A stretch of DNA of 39,846 nucleotides from Octopus bimaculoides (taxonomy: Eukaryota), in NCBI RefSeq assembly GCF_001194135.2, contig NC_068983.1:131864423-131904268 (forward strand), given 5' to 3'. Below, in pieces: positions 1 through 10,014 of this stretch; within the stretch, counting starts at the first letter, position 1, and every line of letters starts with the position of its first letter. A program made the position numbers and the translations under genes. The notes beneath the pieces were generated by a model that saw only the letters and a list, made by a program, of their open reading frames with translations, did no database searches and was not told the origin of the DNA.

Positions 1-323
1 TCAAAATACAAAGACCTGGAAATAGAGATAACTCGAATGTGGAATCAAAAAACAGAAACAATTCCTATCATAGTAGGTGCCTTAGGTATAATAAAAAAAT
101 ATTCAGACAAATACATAACAAAAGCACCAGGACTTACAAATATATATAACATACAGAAAATTGCACTACTGGGTACTGCACACATTCTACGCAAAACACT
201 TTCAATACAGTAAACATGAGAGCACCACAGCAAACCACAGCACATACCCAAGGCGCACAGAGCTGCTCTCGGTAGTGAAGTGAAAGCACGTTATTAAAAT
301 AAAACTACTGAACAATAATAATA
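1..323 (+). mobile_element. 3' end of an R4/Dong-type (RLE-encoding) non-LTR retrotransposon: ORF C-terminus, 3' UTR and (AAT)n flank
   Basis: Frame +1, 1-213, reads SKYKDLEIEITRMWNQKTETIPIIVGALGIIKKYSDKYITKAPGLTNIYNIQKIALLGTAHILRKTLSIQ*. The KYKDL..IPIIVGALG..LLGTAHILR pattern is the RLE C-terminus of R4/Dong elements. The UTR ends aaaactactgaac followed by aataataataat. Confidence 0.85.
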
Positions 324-330
324 ATATTAA

Positions 331-513
331 CAACATCGGGAAAATACCTTAGGAACGAGAACCCAGGTTCGGAATTTCTTCAGGAGACCTGATGAAGGCT
401 GGGGACTACATCAGCCGAAATGTTGTCTTAACAACAAACAAGATAAGGACGAATATCCGTCAAATGTAAATAACGTGAATAATGTACACAATTCCTCATC
501 TCTCAAATATAGA
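331..513 (+). mobile_element. 3' half (hammerhead-containing tail) of the tRNA-head/HHR SINE; head absent
   Basis: Aligns by eye with 14114-14285 (ttaggaa.gagaacccaggttc...cctga.gaaggctgg...tcagccgaaa...aacaacaaacaagat.aggac...attcctcatctct.aaatataga). Confidence 0.8.
384..429 (+). ncRNA. Minimal type-I hammerhead ribozyme motif (copy 1)
   Basis: Helix I gagac(384-388)/gtctt(425-429); core CTGATGA(389-395) plus an extra A; helix II ggctg(397-401)/cagcc(412-416); GAAA(417-420); then t-GTT. There is no helix III loop, so it could fold only as a dimer. Activity untested. Confidence 0.7.
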
Positions 514-680
514 CCGGTATTTCGTCTGTCTTTACGTTCTTAGTTCTAATTCTGCCGCGGTTGATTTTGCGTTTCGTTCTCTCGGGGTCGAAAAATTAAG
601 TACCAGTTGCGTACTGGGTCGATCTAATTGAGTGGCACATCCCCACAAGTTTCGGGCCTTGTGCCTAGAGTAGAAAAGAA
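514..680 (+). mobile_element. 5'-truncated tRNA-derived SINE (same family as 697-914)
   Basis: Colinear with 697-914 (ggtattt.gtctg...tac.ttct.agttc...ggtcga...aagta.cagtt...ggccttgtgcc...agtagaaaagaa). Confidence 0.8.
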
Positions 681-696
681 TATTTATGTAGTTGTA

Positions 697-914
697 AGGC
701 GGCGAGCTGACAGAATCGTTAGCAGACCGGGCGAAATGCTCAGCGGTATTTTGTCTGCAGCTACATTCTGAGTTCAATTTCCGCCGGGGTCGACTTTGCA
801 TTTCATCCTTTCAGGGTCGATGAAATAAGTATCAGTTACGCACTGGAGTCGATATAATCGACTAACTCCCTTCCCCTCAAATTTTCAAGGCCTTGTGCCC
901 CTAGTAGAAAAGAA
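697..914 (+). mobile_element. Full-length tRNA-derived SINE with a 16-bp target-site duplication
   Basis: Starts aggcggcgagctgacagaatcgttagc, has a B-box-like gagttcaatttcc, and is flanked by tatttatgtagttgta at 681-696 and 915-930. Related copies at 514, 5042 (minus), 18975 and 21465. Confidence 0.85.
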
Positions 915-989
915 TATTTATGTAGTTGTATGGCAGTGCTTGGTAGTATATGTAAGAGCGGAAGAGGGAATTGAATAGAGAAAGGAAGG

Positions 990-1810
990 TGAGCGTATGC
1001 GTGAGTGTGTGTACGTTCCCGCGTGTGTGCCTTCTGGCGTGTGTGTGTGGATGCGTGTTTGTGTGGTGCATTTGAGTGCGAGAGGGAGTCGACAAGAGAA
1101 TGTGTATGTACACGTGATAAAGTGTGCGGTCATGCATGCGTGTGCTCTAGCGCCTGAGAGAGAGAGAGTGATAGAGTATGTGTGTGTTTGTATCTATGTG
1201 TATGTGTGCGAGTGTTTGTATATATGCATGAGCATGTGTGGTTGCGTGAGAAAGCGTATTTCTGTGATGTAGCTGGCTATGCGAGTACGTGCATTTTGAG
1301 AGTTGTGCTTACTTGTACGCATGCATGTGTACCTGTGTCTATGAATGCGTATGTATGTTCATATGCACGTGCGTTCATGTGTGTGGGTGATGAAGAGTTC
1401 AATTCTTTGTCTGATTTATCTGTTGGATGTGTTTTTATGACTGAATGGTGTGTGTATAAGTATAGGTTTATAGAATGGTTAGAATCGAATTACGTTCTGG
1501 GAGGCAATGAAGCCAACACAGGTACACACTGTCCTGTCAAAAAGCCAGGACTAATAGGTAAATAATAGAACGAAATAACCATACGGATGCAGCACACATA
1601 GAAACACAACAGACGTAGACATACACACACGCATTCGCTCTAACGCATGTATTCGCAAAATACACCACATAAACATGCATTCACTCTCACACGCACAATC
1701 ATACACATCACACACACTCATGTAAGAATGCACACTTACACACAAACACATGCAGAAACACACTTTCTCTTTTTTTCTCCTTCCCCTTCTCATATACACC
1801 CTCACCCCTC
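990..1810. repeat. Degenerate TG-rich tract followed by a CA-rich tract (cryptic microsatellite)
   Basis: About 990-1460 is dominated by TG/TATG and about 1590-1810 by CA/CATA. The V/C/H/T-rich ORFs here are compositional artefacts. Confidence 0.7.
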
Positions 1811-3361
1811 ATATTTACACAAGAAGCCACACAGACATGAAGCTAATTTGGGAAGAAAGAGTTTTTGTCTCTGAAGAGGTCGCAAATGACGACAAGCGGT
1901 CTTTCAAAAACACATCTAGTTGATTGATTTACTGACTATTAATTTGTATGAAAAATAAAATGTAAATTTCGTCATCAGCATGCAAAACTGCATTAGACTA
2001 GAAAATCTGAAAACAAAGCAGGAAAAAAAAATTAAATACTTCAACTGACTGGAGATTTTTTTTTTTTTTGGAATCCAGTAATATAATCTTAATTCTATTA
2101 CGTCAATCCCTCACACAAAAGATATGAAATAGACACGGCTGGAATTTCCTTAGTTTGTAATTGGTTGGTGGTAGAGGAAAAGAAATTACCGTTAAAAGAG
2201 GGGACCTGGAGAGTAATTAGCACGTTATTGTCAGAAGTATCCCACATGTGCCATAGGAAACTGTTCATAGTGACGAAGATTATGTTCTGTAAATGCTAAT
2301 TTAAACGAAAAATCGAGCTGATCAATCTCATACAACTAGCTGCCAGATAAATGTAGAATGTGGTGGTCTGCATTTGGGGATAAAAGCAGATTCATCTCAA
2401 GTTGATAAAGACATTCTCAGCGAGAAATAGTTGAAACACCAACTCACTGAAAATTTGCAATGATATACTCAATGATAAGCAATGATATACTCAACGATAT
2501 CAATAGTGTACCTCTACAGGCCAAACATCTACAAACTAACAAGTAAGGTTCTGAGTGGTTGCCGAAGCTGTTATAATACACAGACTAATCTCATTCAAAT
2601 TTTATCATGTTAAAAATGAATGTGTATATTGCATAATGTGGATCTCGGTACATAATATGATAATGACAGATGTGATAGTCATTAATGAATTTCTGACTTT
2701 CAACTGTAGTTCCAATCAGTAAGCAATAACAAAAACCACTGACATAACCGTGCAGTGCCGCTCTGGTTTGTCACTATGAAATAAGAAATTCTGTAGGTAT
2801 TAATTAGACGTTGATATATTTGTAATTAGTGCCTCTAAAGCAACGAATGTTTAATTTTCAAATTAAATTATGCTTTCAATAGTATCATTTGTCACAATAT
2901 TTATGCTATAAAAATTTGTTTAATTTATTGCAAAACTAATTACGTATCAAAGCGTTACCTATGTAATAATATTTGAAAGCATGACACCAACGATATTCCG
3001 AAATGATTTTTCCAATAATTTACCGAAACGGTTTAATATCGATACAAAAACAACGTTATTCCGTGGAGATATTCATACATATAAAATGTGTACATAAAAG
3101 CAATTACTGAAAAACAACATTCCGATGTTCAGCCATTCGATTATTAGCACGCTGACCTGGACTTTGCATTAACACACTAAATGTACAGGCGAAAATGTGT
3201 AAATTACACAAAAGTCATTGGAGCACATTTAAGAACCGTTCATAGACACAAAAATCCATAAATACATAGATGCACAAACGCATACAAACACATAAACATA
3301 TATACATACATACACATACACCCACACATAGATTATATAATATATTATATATAACATATAA

Positions 3362-3363
<2 letters not shown>

Positions 3364-3417
<54 letters not shown>

Positions 3418-4338
3418 NNNNNNNNNNNNNNNNNNNNNNNNNNNNNNNNNNNNNNNNNNNNNNNNNNNNNNNNNNNNNNNNNNNNNNNNNNNNNNNNNNN
3501 NNNNNNNNNNNNNNNNNNNNNNNNNNNNNNNNNNNNNNNNNNNNNNNNNNNNNNNNNNNNNNNNNNNNNNNNNNNNNNNNNNNNNNNNNNNNNNNNNNNN
3601 NNNNNNNNNNNNNNNNNNNNNNNNNNNNNNNNNNNNNNNNNNNNNNNNNNNNNNNNNNNNNNNNNNNNNNNNNNNNNNNNNNNNNNNNNNNNNNNNNNNN
3701 NNNNNNNNNNNNNNNNNNNNNNNNNNNNNNNNNNNNNNNNNNNNNNNNNNNNNNNNNNNNNNNNNNNNNNNNNNNNNNNNNNNNNNNNNNNNNNNNNNNN
3801 NNNNNNNNNNNNNNNNNNNNNNNNNNNNNNNNNNNNNNNNNNNNNNNNNNNNNNNNNNNNNNNNNNNNNNNNNNNNNNNNNNNNNNNNNNNNNNNNNNNN
3901 NNNNNNNNNNNNNNNNNNNNNNNNNNNNNNNNNNNNNNNNNNNNNNNNNNNNNNNNNNNNNNNNNNNNNNNNNNNNNNNNNNNNNNNNNNNNNNNNNNNN
4001 NNNNNNNNNNNNNNNNNNNNNNNNNNNNNNNNNNNNNNNNNNNNNNNNNNNNNNNNNNNNNNNNNNNNNNNNNNNNNNNNNNNNNNNNNNNNNNNNNNNN
4101 NNNNNNNNNNNNNNNNNNNNNNNNNNNNNNNNNNNNNNNNNNNNNNNNNNNNNNNNNNNNNNNNNNNNNNNNNNNNNNNNNNNNNNNNNNNNNNNNNNNN
4201 NNNNNNNNNNNNNNNNNNNNNNNNNNNNNNNNNNNNNNNNATATATATATATAAATAGATAAATAGATAAATAGATAGATAGATAGATAGATAGATAAAT
4301 AAATAAATAGATAGATAGATAGATAGATGGATGGATAG

Positions 4339-4369
<31 letters not shown>

Positions 4370-4389
4370 GATAGATGGAGGGATGGATG

Positions 4390-4440
<51 letters not shown>

Positions 4441-4453
4441 GGAGGGATGGATG

Positions 4454-4499
<46 letters not shown>

Positions 4500-4500
4500 T
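3364..4500. repeat. (TA)n, assembly gap (N 3418-4240), then (AGAT)n/(GGAT)n tetranucleotide array
   Basis: Direct reading of the sequence. Confidence 0.95.
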
Positions 4501-4602
4501 AGACATTTTATAGAAAGTTTAGTCCGATTATGATAGTGAACCTGTTCAACCTTGTTCTGTTTTCTTAGATCTATGAGTATTCTTTATTTCGTTATGTTTC
4601 AA

Positions 4603-4750
4603 TAATTTCAGGAAGGTTCTAATACAGGAGAAATAGCTAAAATTCTTAGTGTCAAGAAGCAGTGAATAAAAGAACCTTCAATATGTTTGAAAAATCACAA
4701 TTTGCTTGAAGAACCTAAATCATGACGACCTTCCCATTTGGCTGACGAAA
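4603..4750 (+). mobile_element. Possible decayed Tc1-like transposase N-terminal (HTH) fragment
   Basis: Reads EGSNTGEIAKILSVKKQ*IKEPSICLKNHNLLEEPKS*RPSHLADE, resembling the G.S..EIAK.L.V...P.SGRP pattern. Short and interrupted by stops. Confidence 0.3.
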
Positions 4751-5041
4751 TACTATGAGTATCATTTGCAATGAATAATGCTGTGACAATGGGAGTTTTC
4801 CATGGAATTAGTATTAACATTATGATCATTAACATTAAGATCCTTTTAATTATCTAAAGGATCTAAGATAAATTTCAAGACTTATTCTAGATGTCCGGCG
4901 TACTATTTCAGCAGTTAATAACCAACAGAAGCTGGAGTGAGTCAATTGCTTTATTTATGTACCATCCAAGCACCATTTCATAAACCGGATAAGATTTGAG
5001 ATGAGAAATGGATCACTTAAAGTAATAAATAATTCATTCAT

Positions 5042-5162
5042 ATTTTGGTACAAAGCCAATAATTTTTGGGGAGGGCTTAAGTACATCACATCGCTACCAG
5101 CGCTCAACTGCTACTTGTTTTTTTCGAATCGGAAAGAATTAAAGGCAAAGTAGTCCTGGCAG
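5042..5162 (-). mobile_element. 3' part of a tRNA-derived SINE (697-914 family), reverse strand
   Basis: attttggtacaaagcc...ccagcgctcaactgctactt...aaaggcaaagt is the reverse complement of the SINE 3' region. Confidence 0.65.
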
Positions 5163-5785
5163 TTTTACGGATATATCTAGGTATGTCCGTAAAAAGATAA
5201 CAAGGTAAAAGCTTTTATTTTTCATTCTCTTCGAAATTGCTCTTAAATGTCATTTTGACTGCTCCTTCTAGCGTGTAAAACTACCTGTTAAAGGTAGTTT
5301 TTCTTGTGTTTAAATGTACACTATTTTATATTGAGAATATGTTGTCCATTGACTTTTTATATATGCTAAGCCACTGGTAGTGAATTTTCTAAAAAGACTC
5401 GCTACCCTATATATTTTACGTTTATGATTTTAGCATTTTGAAGATCAGTTCGGCATTTTTATTTGCCGCCGACTGAAACAGCGCTTGCGCTGTGAATTCG
5501 AAAGATTATAACATGAATTGATGAAACATGTGTTAATTGTCTCTAAATTATATGTTAATGTTATGGCGTGGTTACTGATGAGAATTTCGCCTAGCATATT
5601 ATTTTATTTGCTAAATAAAATTCGAAATCTAAGTATATCCGTAAAAATATAACACGGTAAAAGCTTTTATTTTTCATTCCCTTCGACATTGCTCTTAAAT
5701 GTGGTTTTGGTTGTTTTGACTGCTTCTTCTAGCGCCTAAAACTACCCGTTAAAGATAGTTTCTCTTGTGTTTAAATGTACACTAT
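5163..5785 (+). mobile_element. Penelope-pLTR-like non-autonomous element: short 5' inversion plus a partial tandem of a ~452-bp unit containing a hammerhead
   Basis: Direct repeat 5176-5324 / 5628-5785 (offset 452). ttttacggata(5163-5173) is inverted relative to the unit start. An HHR lies at the unit junction (5570-5640). No ORF. Confidence 0.6.
5570..5640 (+). ncRNA. Minimal type-I hammerhead ribozyme motif (second family)
   Basis: ggtta-CTGATGA(5575-5581)-gaattt(5582-5587)...aaattc(5618-5623)-GAAA(5624-5627)-t-ctaa-GTA-tatcc. Helix II is a perfect 6 bp, extended by tagca/tgcta. Helix I ggtta/tatcc has one mismatch. The homologous loop in the upstream partial copy is the palindrome CTAG (5177-5180). 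Confidence 0.7.
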
Positions 5786-5869
5786 GTATGTTTATATATG
5801 TTCGTGTGTATGTGGGCGGGTGTTGGTGTTTGTGTGGGTGGGTGGCTGTGTTATAGTGAGTATCCTATC

Positions 5870-6050
5870 TTATACTTCTTTTAGTCATTGGAATGCTGTC
5901 ATACTGAGGCATGGCTTTGAAGGGTTTAGTCAAACAAATCGTTCCTGGTACTTACTTTTAAAACTCTAGAACATACTTTTTCACTCAGTCTAGTTGTAAC
6001 ATTAACATAAGCAAACTCACAACAGGTGTCAAACAGCGTTGGTTAAGATT
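5870..6050 (-). mobile_element. Degraded SINE-like repeat (different subfamily), reverse strand
   Basis: ttttagtcattggaatgctgtcatactgaggcatggctttgaagggtttagtcaaacaaatcg resembles a recalled octopus SINE tail in reverse. Recognition from memory only. Confidence 0.35.
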
Positions 6051-6109
6051 ACAACATGAACACAAAGACATACGCACAAAACTATGCATCTCTCTCTATA
6101 TATGCATGC

Positions 6110-6856
6110 ATGCATGCATGTATGTATGTATGTATGTATGTATGTATGTATGTATGTGTATATATATATATGTGGGGGTGTGTATGTTTGTGTGTGTATA
6201 TATATAAGGAACTTCCTGGCAGTTTCAATCGAACAAATTCACTGAGGCATTGCTGAGACAGGGTTATTGTAGAGCACATTTACCAAGATTTCTTTTAATC
6301 AGTTCTAGAAAATAATAATTTTAGAGCTGTTTTATTTTTGCATCTTGAGTGGTCTGAATAGTAAACGTACATGAAAGGGGAATTCTTCGACAGCTGGAAT
6401 AATGCTTGAAGAACTGTCATATTTTGAAAGAGGATTCTGGTAGTGATTATTAGCGCATGCACCAAAGGTTTCGAATTCAGTTGCGAAAATGAAGAGTTTG
6501 TGACTGATTCAGCATTGCATGGACGTTTCCTTCACATTTCCAATAATTTGTGTAAGTGCACATATGTATGCATATGCAAGTGCATTTGTGTGTATCTATC
6601 TAAAGATTTCGGTCAAAATTTAAACTAAAATGCATGAAAGATGAAATCTAAGATAGAATTAGAACAAGCATAGTAAGTGCTTACTGTCTCCTGACAAATA
6701 TCTCTAGGTTTATGATTTCCGTGATCTCACAGGTTCCTACTTAGAGACGAAATTTGCAACGTACGGCCATTTTGAAAAAGTGTTAACACTAAGTATACAC
6801 GGGAGCGAAACACGCACACACTCACACATACACACACACACTCTCACACATACATG

Positions 6857-6912
<56 letters not shown>

Positions 6913-7451
6913 TGTATGTATGTATATGTAAGTATATGTATGTATGAATGTCTATAAGGAAGTATGTATATATATATATATATGTATGTATGCCTGTGTA
7001 TACCATACAACATCTTTAAACTTGAACGAATGAGTTGTAAAAAAGCTAAGACACGTAAGTGCAACAATATTTCAGAAATCTAAGACGCAGTCAAGTTTTA
7101 ATCCATTACTTTCCTGACACCTGTCAACCATATTTTGCTTTGAAACATGTAAGAAATTTCGGACTAAGTAACTAACTTCTCCATATAACTGCCGCAGAAA
7201 TATAATTCAAGAAGAAAACTGTTCGAGAGAATTTTAGCGGTTAAAAAATGTCCCAGTAAAGTAAGCAAGTAATTCTACCAGAGTAAAAATATACATTAGG
7301 TTTACCTAATCTATTAATGTGAAAGTATATCACTGCATATTGTTGTAACTGTACGTATATGTGAGAATTAACATTCAATGATTGCTTGTGTAGGTTTCAA
7401 TAACATAAATGCACATAGTTACACATGTATGTATGTATGTATGTATGTATG

Positions 7452-7530
<79 letters not shown>

Positions 7531-7680
7531 TTATATATATATATGCATGTATACATATGTATATATGGGAGAATTTACGAAAAAAAACAACACCACACGA
7601 AGACAGGTATATATAATAATATACATATATATGCATTTATATATATATATACGTATATGTACATACATGTATACGTATAT
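6110..7680. repeat. Cluster of (TATG)n, (TA)n and (CA)n microsatellites (about 6110-6205, 6815-6995, 7425-7680)
   Basis: Direct reading. Explains the YIYI/MYVC ORFs. Confidence 0.9.
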
Positions 7681-7682
7681 AC

Positions 7683-8160
7683 ATATGCATGTGTGGGCAC
7701 AGGGTGTCACAAAATGTAAACAACAAAAAATACGAAATATGAGGATAAGGTATATGAACTTTTTTTGAGAACAAAAGACAGACTATTCTTGTCTGTCTCC
7801 TGTCCAAGCTCGTTTCTTCACGTTCGCCACCACAACCTTTATTAGGCTTAGCAACCCTTCCTGTTTCTTTTCACTGTCCTTTTTTCTGTCACCAATTTTG
7901 ACCCTCTGCAAAATCCCAAATTTCATTTAAATTGCTTTGCAGGAGCAACTGTTTTATAGAAGGCATATCTAGTCGTGAAATGCTCGAAATACGGATTAGA
8001 AAAACAGCCGATAACTGATGACGGATCGTTCCTTGTGTTGTTTGTCTTGTTTTTCATTTGTTTCTTACGCTGTTCGCAAAAATGTTCATATTCCATGTCC
8101 TCGTTCTTCGTATCTTTTGTAGTTTACGTTTTGTGACGTCCCGTGCCCAGATATGCATAT
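7683..8160. mobile_element. ~480-bp non-coding element with ~90-bp imperfect terminal inverted repeats and a decayed hammerhead-like core
   Basis: 7683-7772 is the imperfect reverse complement of 8071-8160. Internal ctgtttt(7949)...gcat/atgc...GAAA(7986-7989) t-acgg-att...aaaacag(8001-8007). The CUGANGA box is missing. Confidence 0.6.
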
Positions 8161-8472
8161 CTATATACCTATACATGTAAATATGTACATATACATATAT
8201 TATATGCATATATATATATATATATATATTATTTTGCTTAAAAGAGTTCCAACACTGTCTGTTTTTTATGTTTTATTTATATTCCTGCAGAACTAATGTG
8301 GGGTATAGAATATGGAATATACAATATATAATATAATATACAATATATAATATAAAATAAAATAAAAATGGATGGCACCATGAAATAAAGTATTGAATGT
8401 AGATGAAATATTGAGTGTTCAATATAAAGGATCAAATATATAAATATATAAATATAAATATATATATATAAA

Positions 8473-9166
8473 NNNNNNNNNNNNNNNNNNNNNNNNNNNN
8501 NNNNNNNNNNNNNNNNNNNNNNNNNNNNNNNNNNNNNNNNNNNNNNNNNNNNNNNNNNNNNNNNNNNNNNNNNNNNNNNNNNNNNNNNNNNNNNNNNNNN
8601 NNNNNNNNNNNNNNNNNNNNNNNNNNNNNNNNNNNNNNNNNNNNNNNNNNNNNNNNNNNNNNNNNNNNNNNNNNNNNNNNNNNNNNNNNNNNNNNNNNNN
8701 NNNNNNNNNNNNNNNNNNNNNNNNNNNNNNNNNNNNNNNNNNNNNNNNNNNNNNNNNNNNNNNNNNNNNNNNNNNNNNNNNNNNNNNNNNNNNNNNNNNN
8801 NNNNNNNNNNNNNNNNNNNNNNNNNNNNNNNNNNNNNNNNNNNNNNNNNNNNNNNNNNNNNNNNNNNNNNNNNNNNNNNNNNNNNNNNNNNNNNNNNNNN
8901 NNNNNNNNNNNNNNNNNNNNNNNNNNNNNNNNNNNNNNNNNNNNNNNNNNNNNNNNNNNNNNNNNNNNNNNNNNNNNNNNNNNNNNNNNNNNNNNNNNNN
9001 NNNNNNNNNNNNNNNNNNNNNNNNNNNNNNNNNNNNNNNNNNNNNNNNNNNNNNNNNNNNNNNNNNNNNNNNNNNNNNNNNNNNNNNNNNNNNNNNNNNN
9101 NNNNNNNNNNNNNNNNNNNNNNNNNNNNNNNNNNNNNNNNNNNNNNNNNNNNNNNNNNNNNNNNNN

Positions 9167-9215
<49 letters not shown>
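8473..9215. other. Assembly gap (N 8473-9166) followed by (CA)n
   Basis: Direct reading. Confidence 0.95.
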
Positions 9216-9221
<6 letters not shown>

Positions 9222-9938
9222 AACAAAACCGAACACATACATTGGGTATGTGTGTTGTTACTTCTTGGGTTGGTTGAGGTTTTACGTCTAAGAGAATATA
9301 TTTTATATGCTCCTGATGTAAAAAGTTACCTGAAACTAAGTCACAATCAAGCGAGACAACTTACATCATGTCTTTTCTCGGAGGGACGGATATGGATATT
9401 TCGTCATTATTTTATCTTATCAATGTCGCATACCAAACAGCAGCCTACCATATCAGTGACTATGTTTATATGCTGTAACACCATATCGCCGACTATTACT
9501 ATTTTCTCTCACAACTAAAAACTGCAGTCGACTCACAAACTGACAGTTCACATACCTCGTGTGTCTGTGTTCGATTTTGAATACCTCAAGCTGATTCAAC
9601 TTCATATTTGAATTTTTTTTTCCGTGGCATGAAATGTTTGGACATGCCTGCAGATAGTGTCTAAACCATTTAGCATATAGTCACATTAAAATCTGTAGAA
9701 GCTATAAAACTTTCCAGAATTTTATCATTGAAACATATATGAGCATGACTAGACATGCAACTGTATGCATGAGAATGCATGCATAAAACAATACAGGCAA
9801 ACTTGCAGATATACATACATATAAAAGTATATTCTGCATGTTTCATTCCAATGAAGGAGTCTTGGATCTCGGTTAGAAACTGACTTTTTTTCCAATGGCA
9901 AAAAATCTTGAAATAAAACTGAATAATCTCACAAACAC

Positions 9939-9940
<2 letters not shown>

Positions 9941-9969
<29 letters not shown>

Positions 9970-10014
9970 TGTATGTATGTATGTATGTATGTATGTATGT
10001 ATGTGTGTGTGTGT
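9941..10014. repeat. (TATG)n then (TG)n microsatellite
   Basis: Direct reading. Confidence 0.95.

Noticed and set aside
4254-4500. Regular short repeats as a possible CRISPR-like array
   Set aside because: Pure tetranucleotide microsatellite without unique spacers, in eukaryotic DNA.
3229-4506. Long ORFs (425, 330, 296 aa) and similar ORFs across the other N-gaps
   Set aside because: They consist of translated microsatellites and X runs; not coding.
8015-8040. Isolated CTGATGA inside the inverted-repeat element
   Set aside because: No downstream helix II and GAAA.
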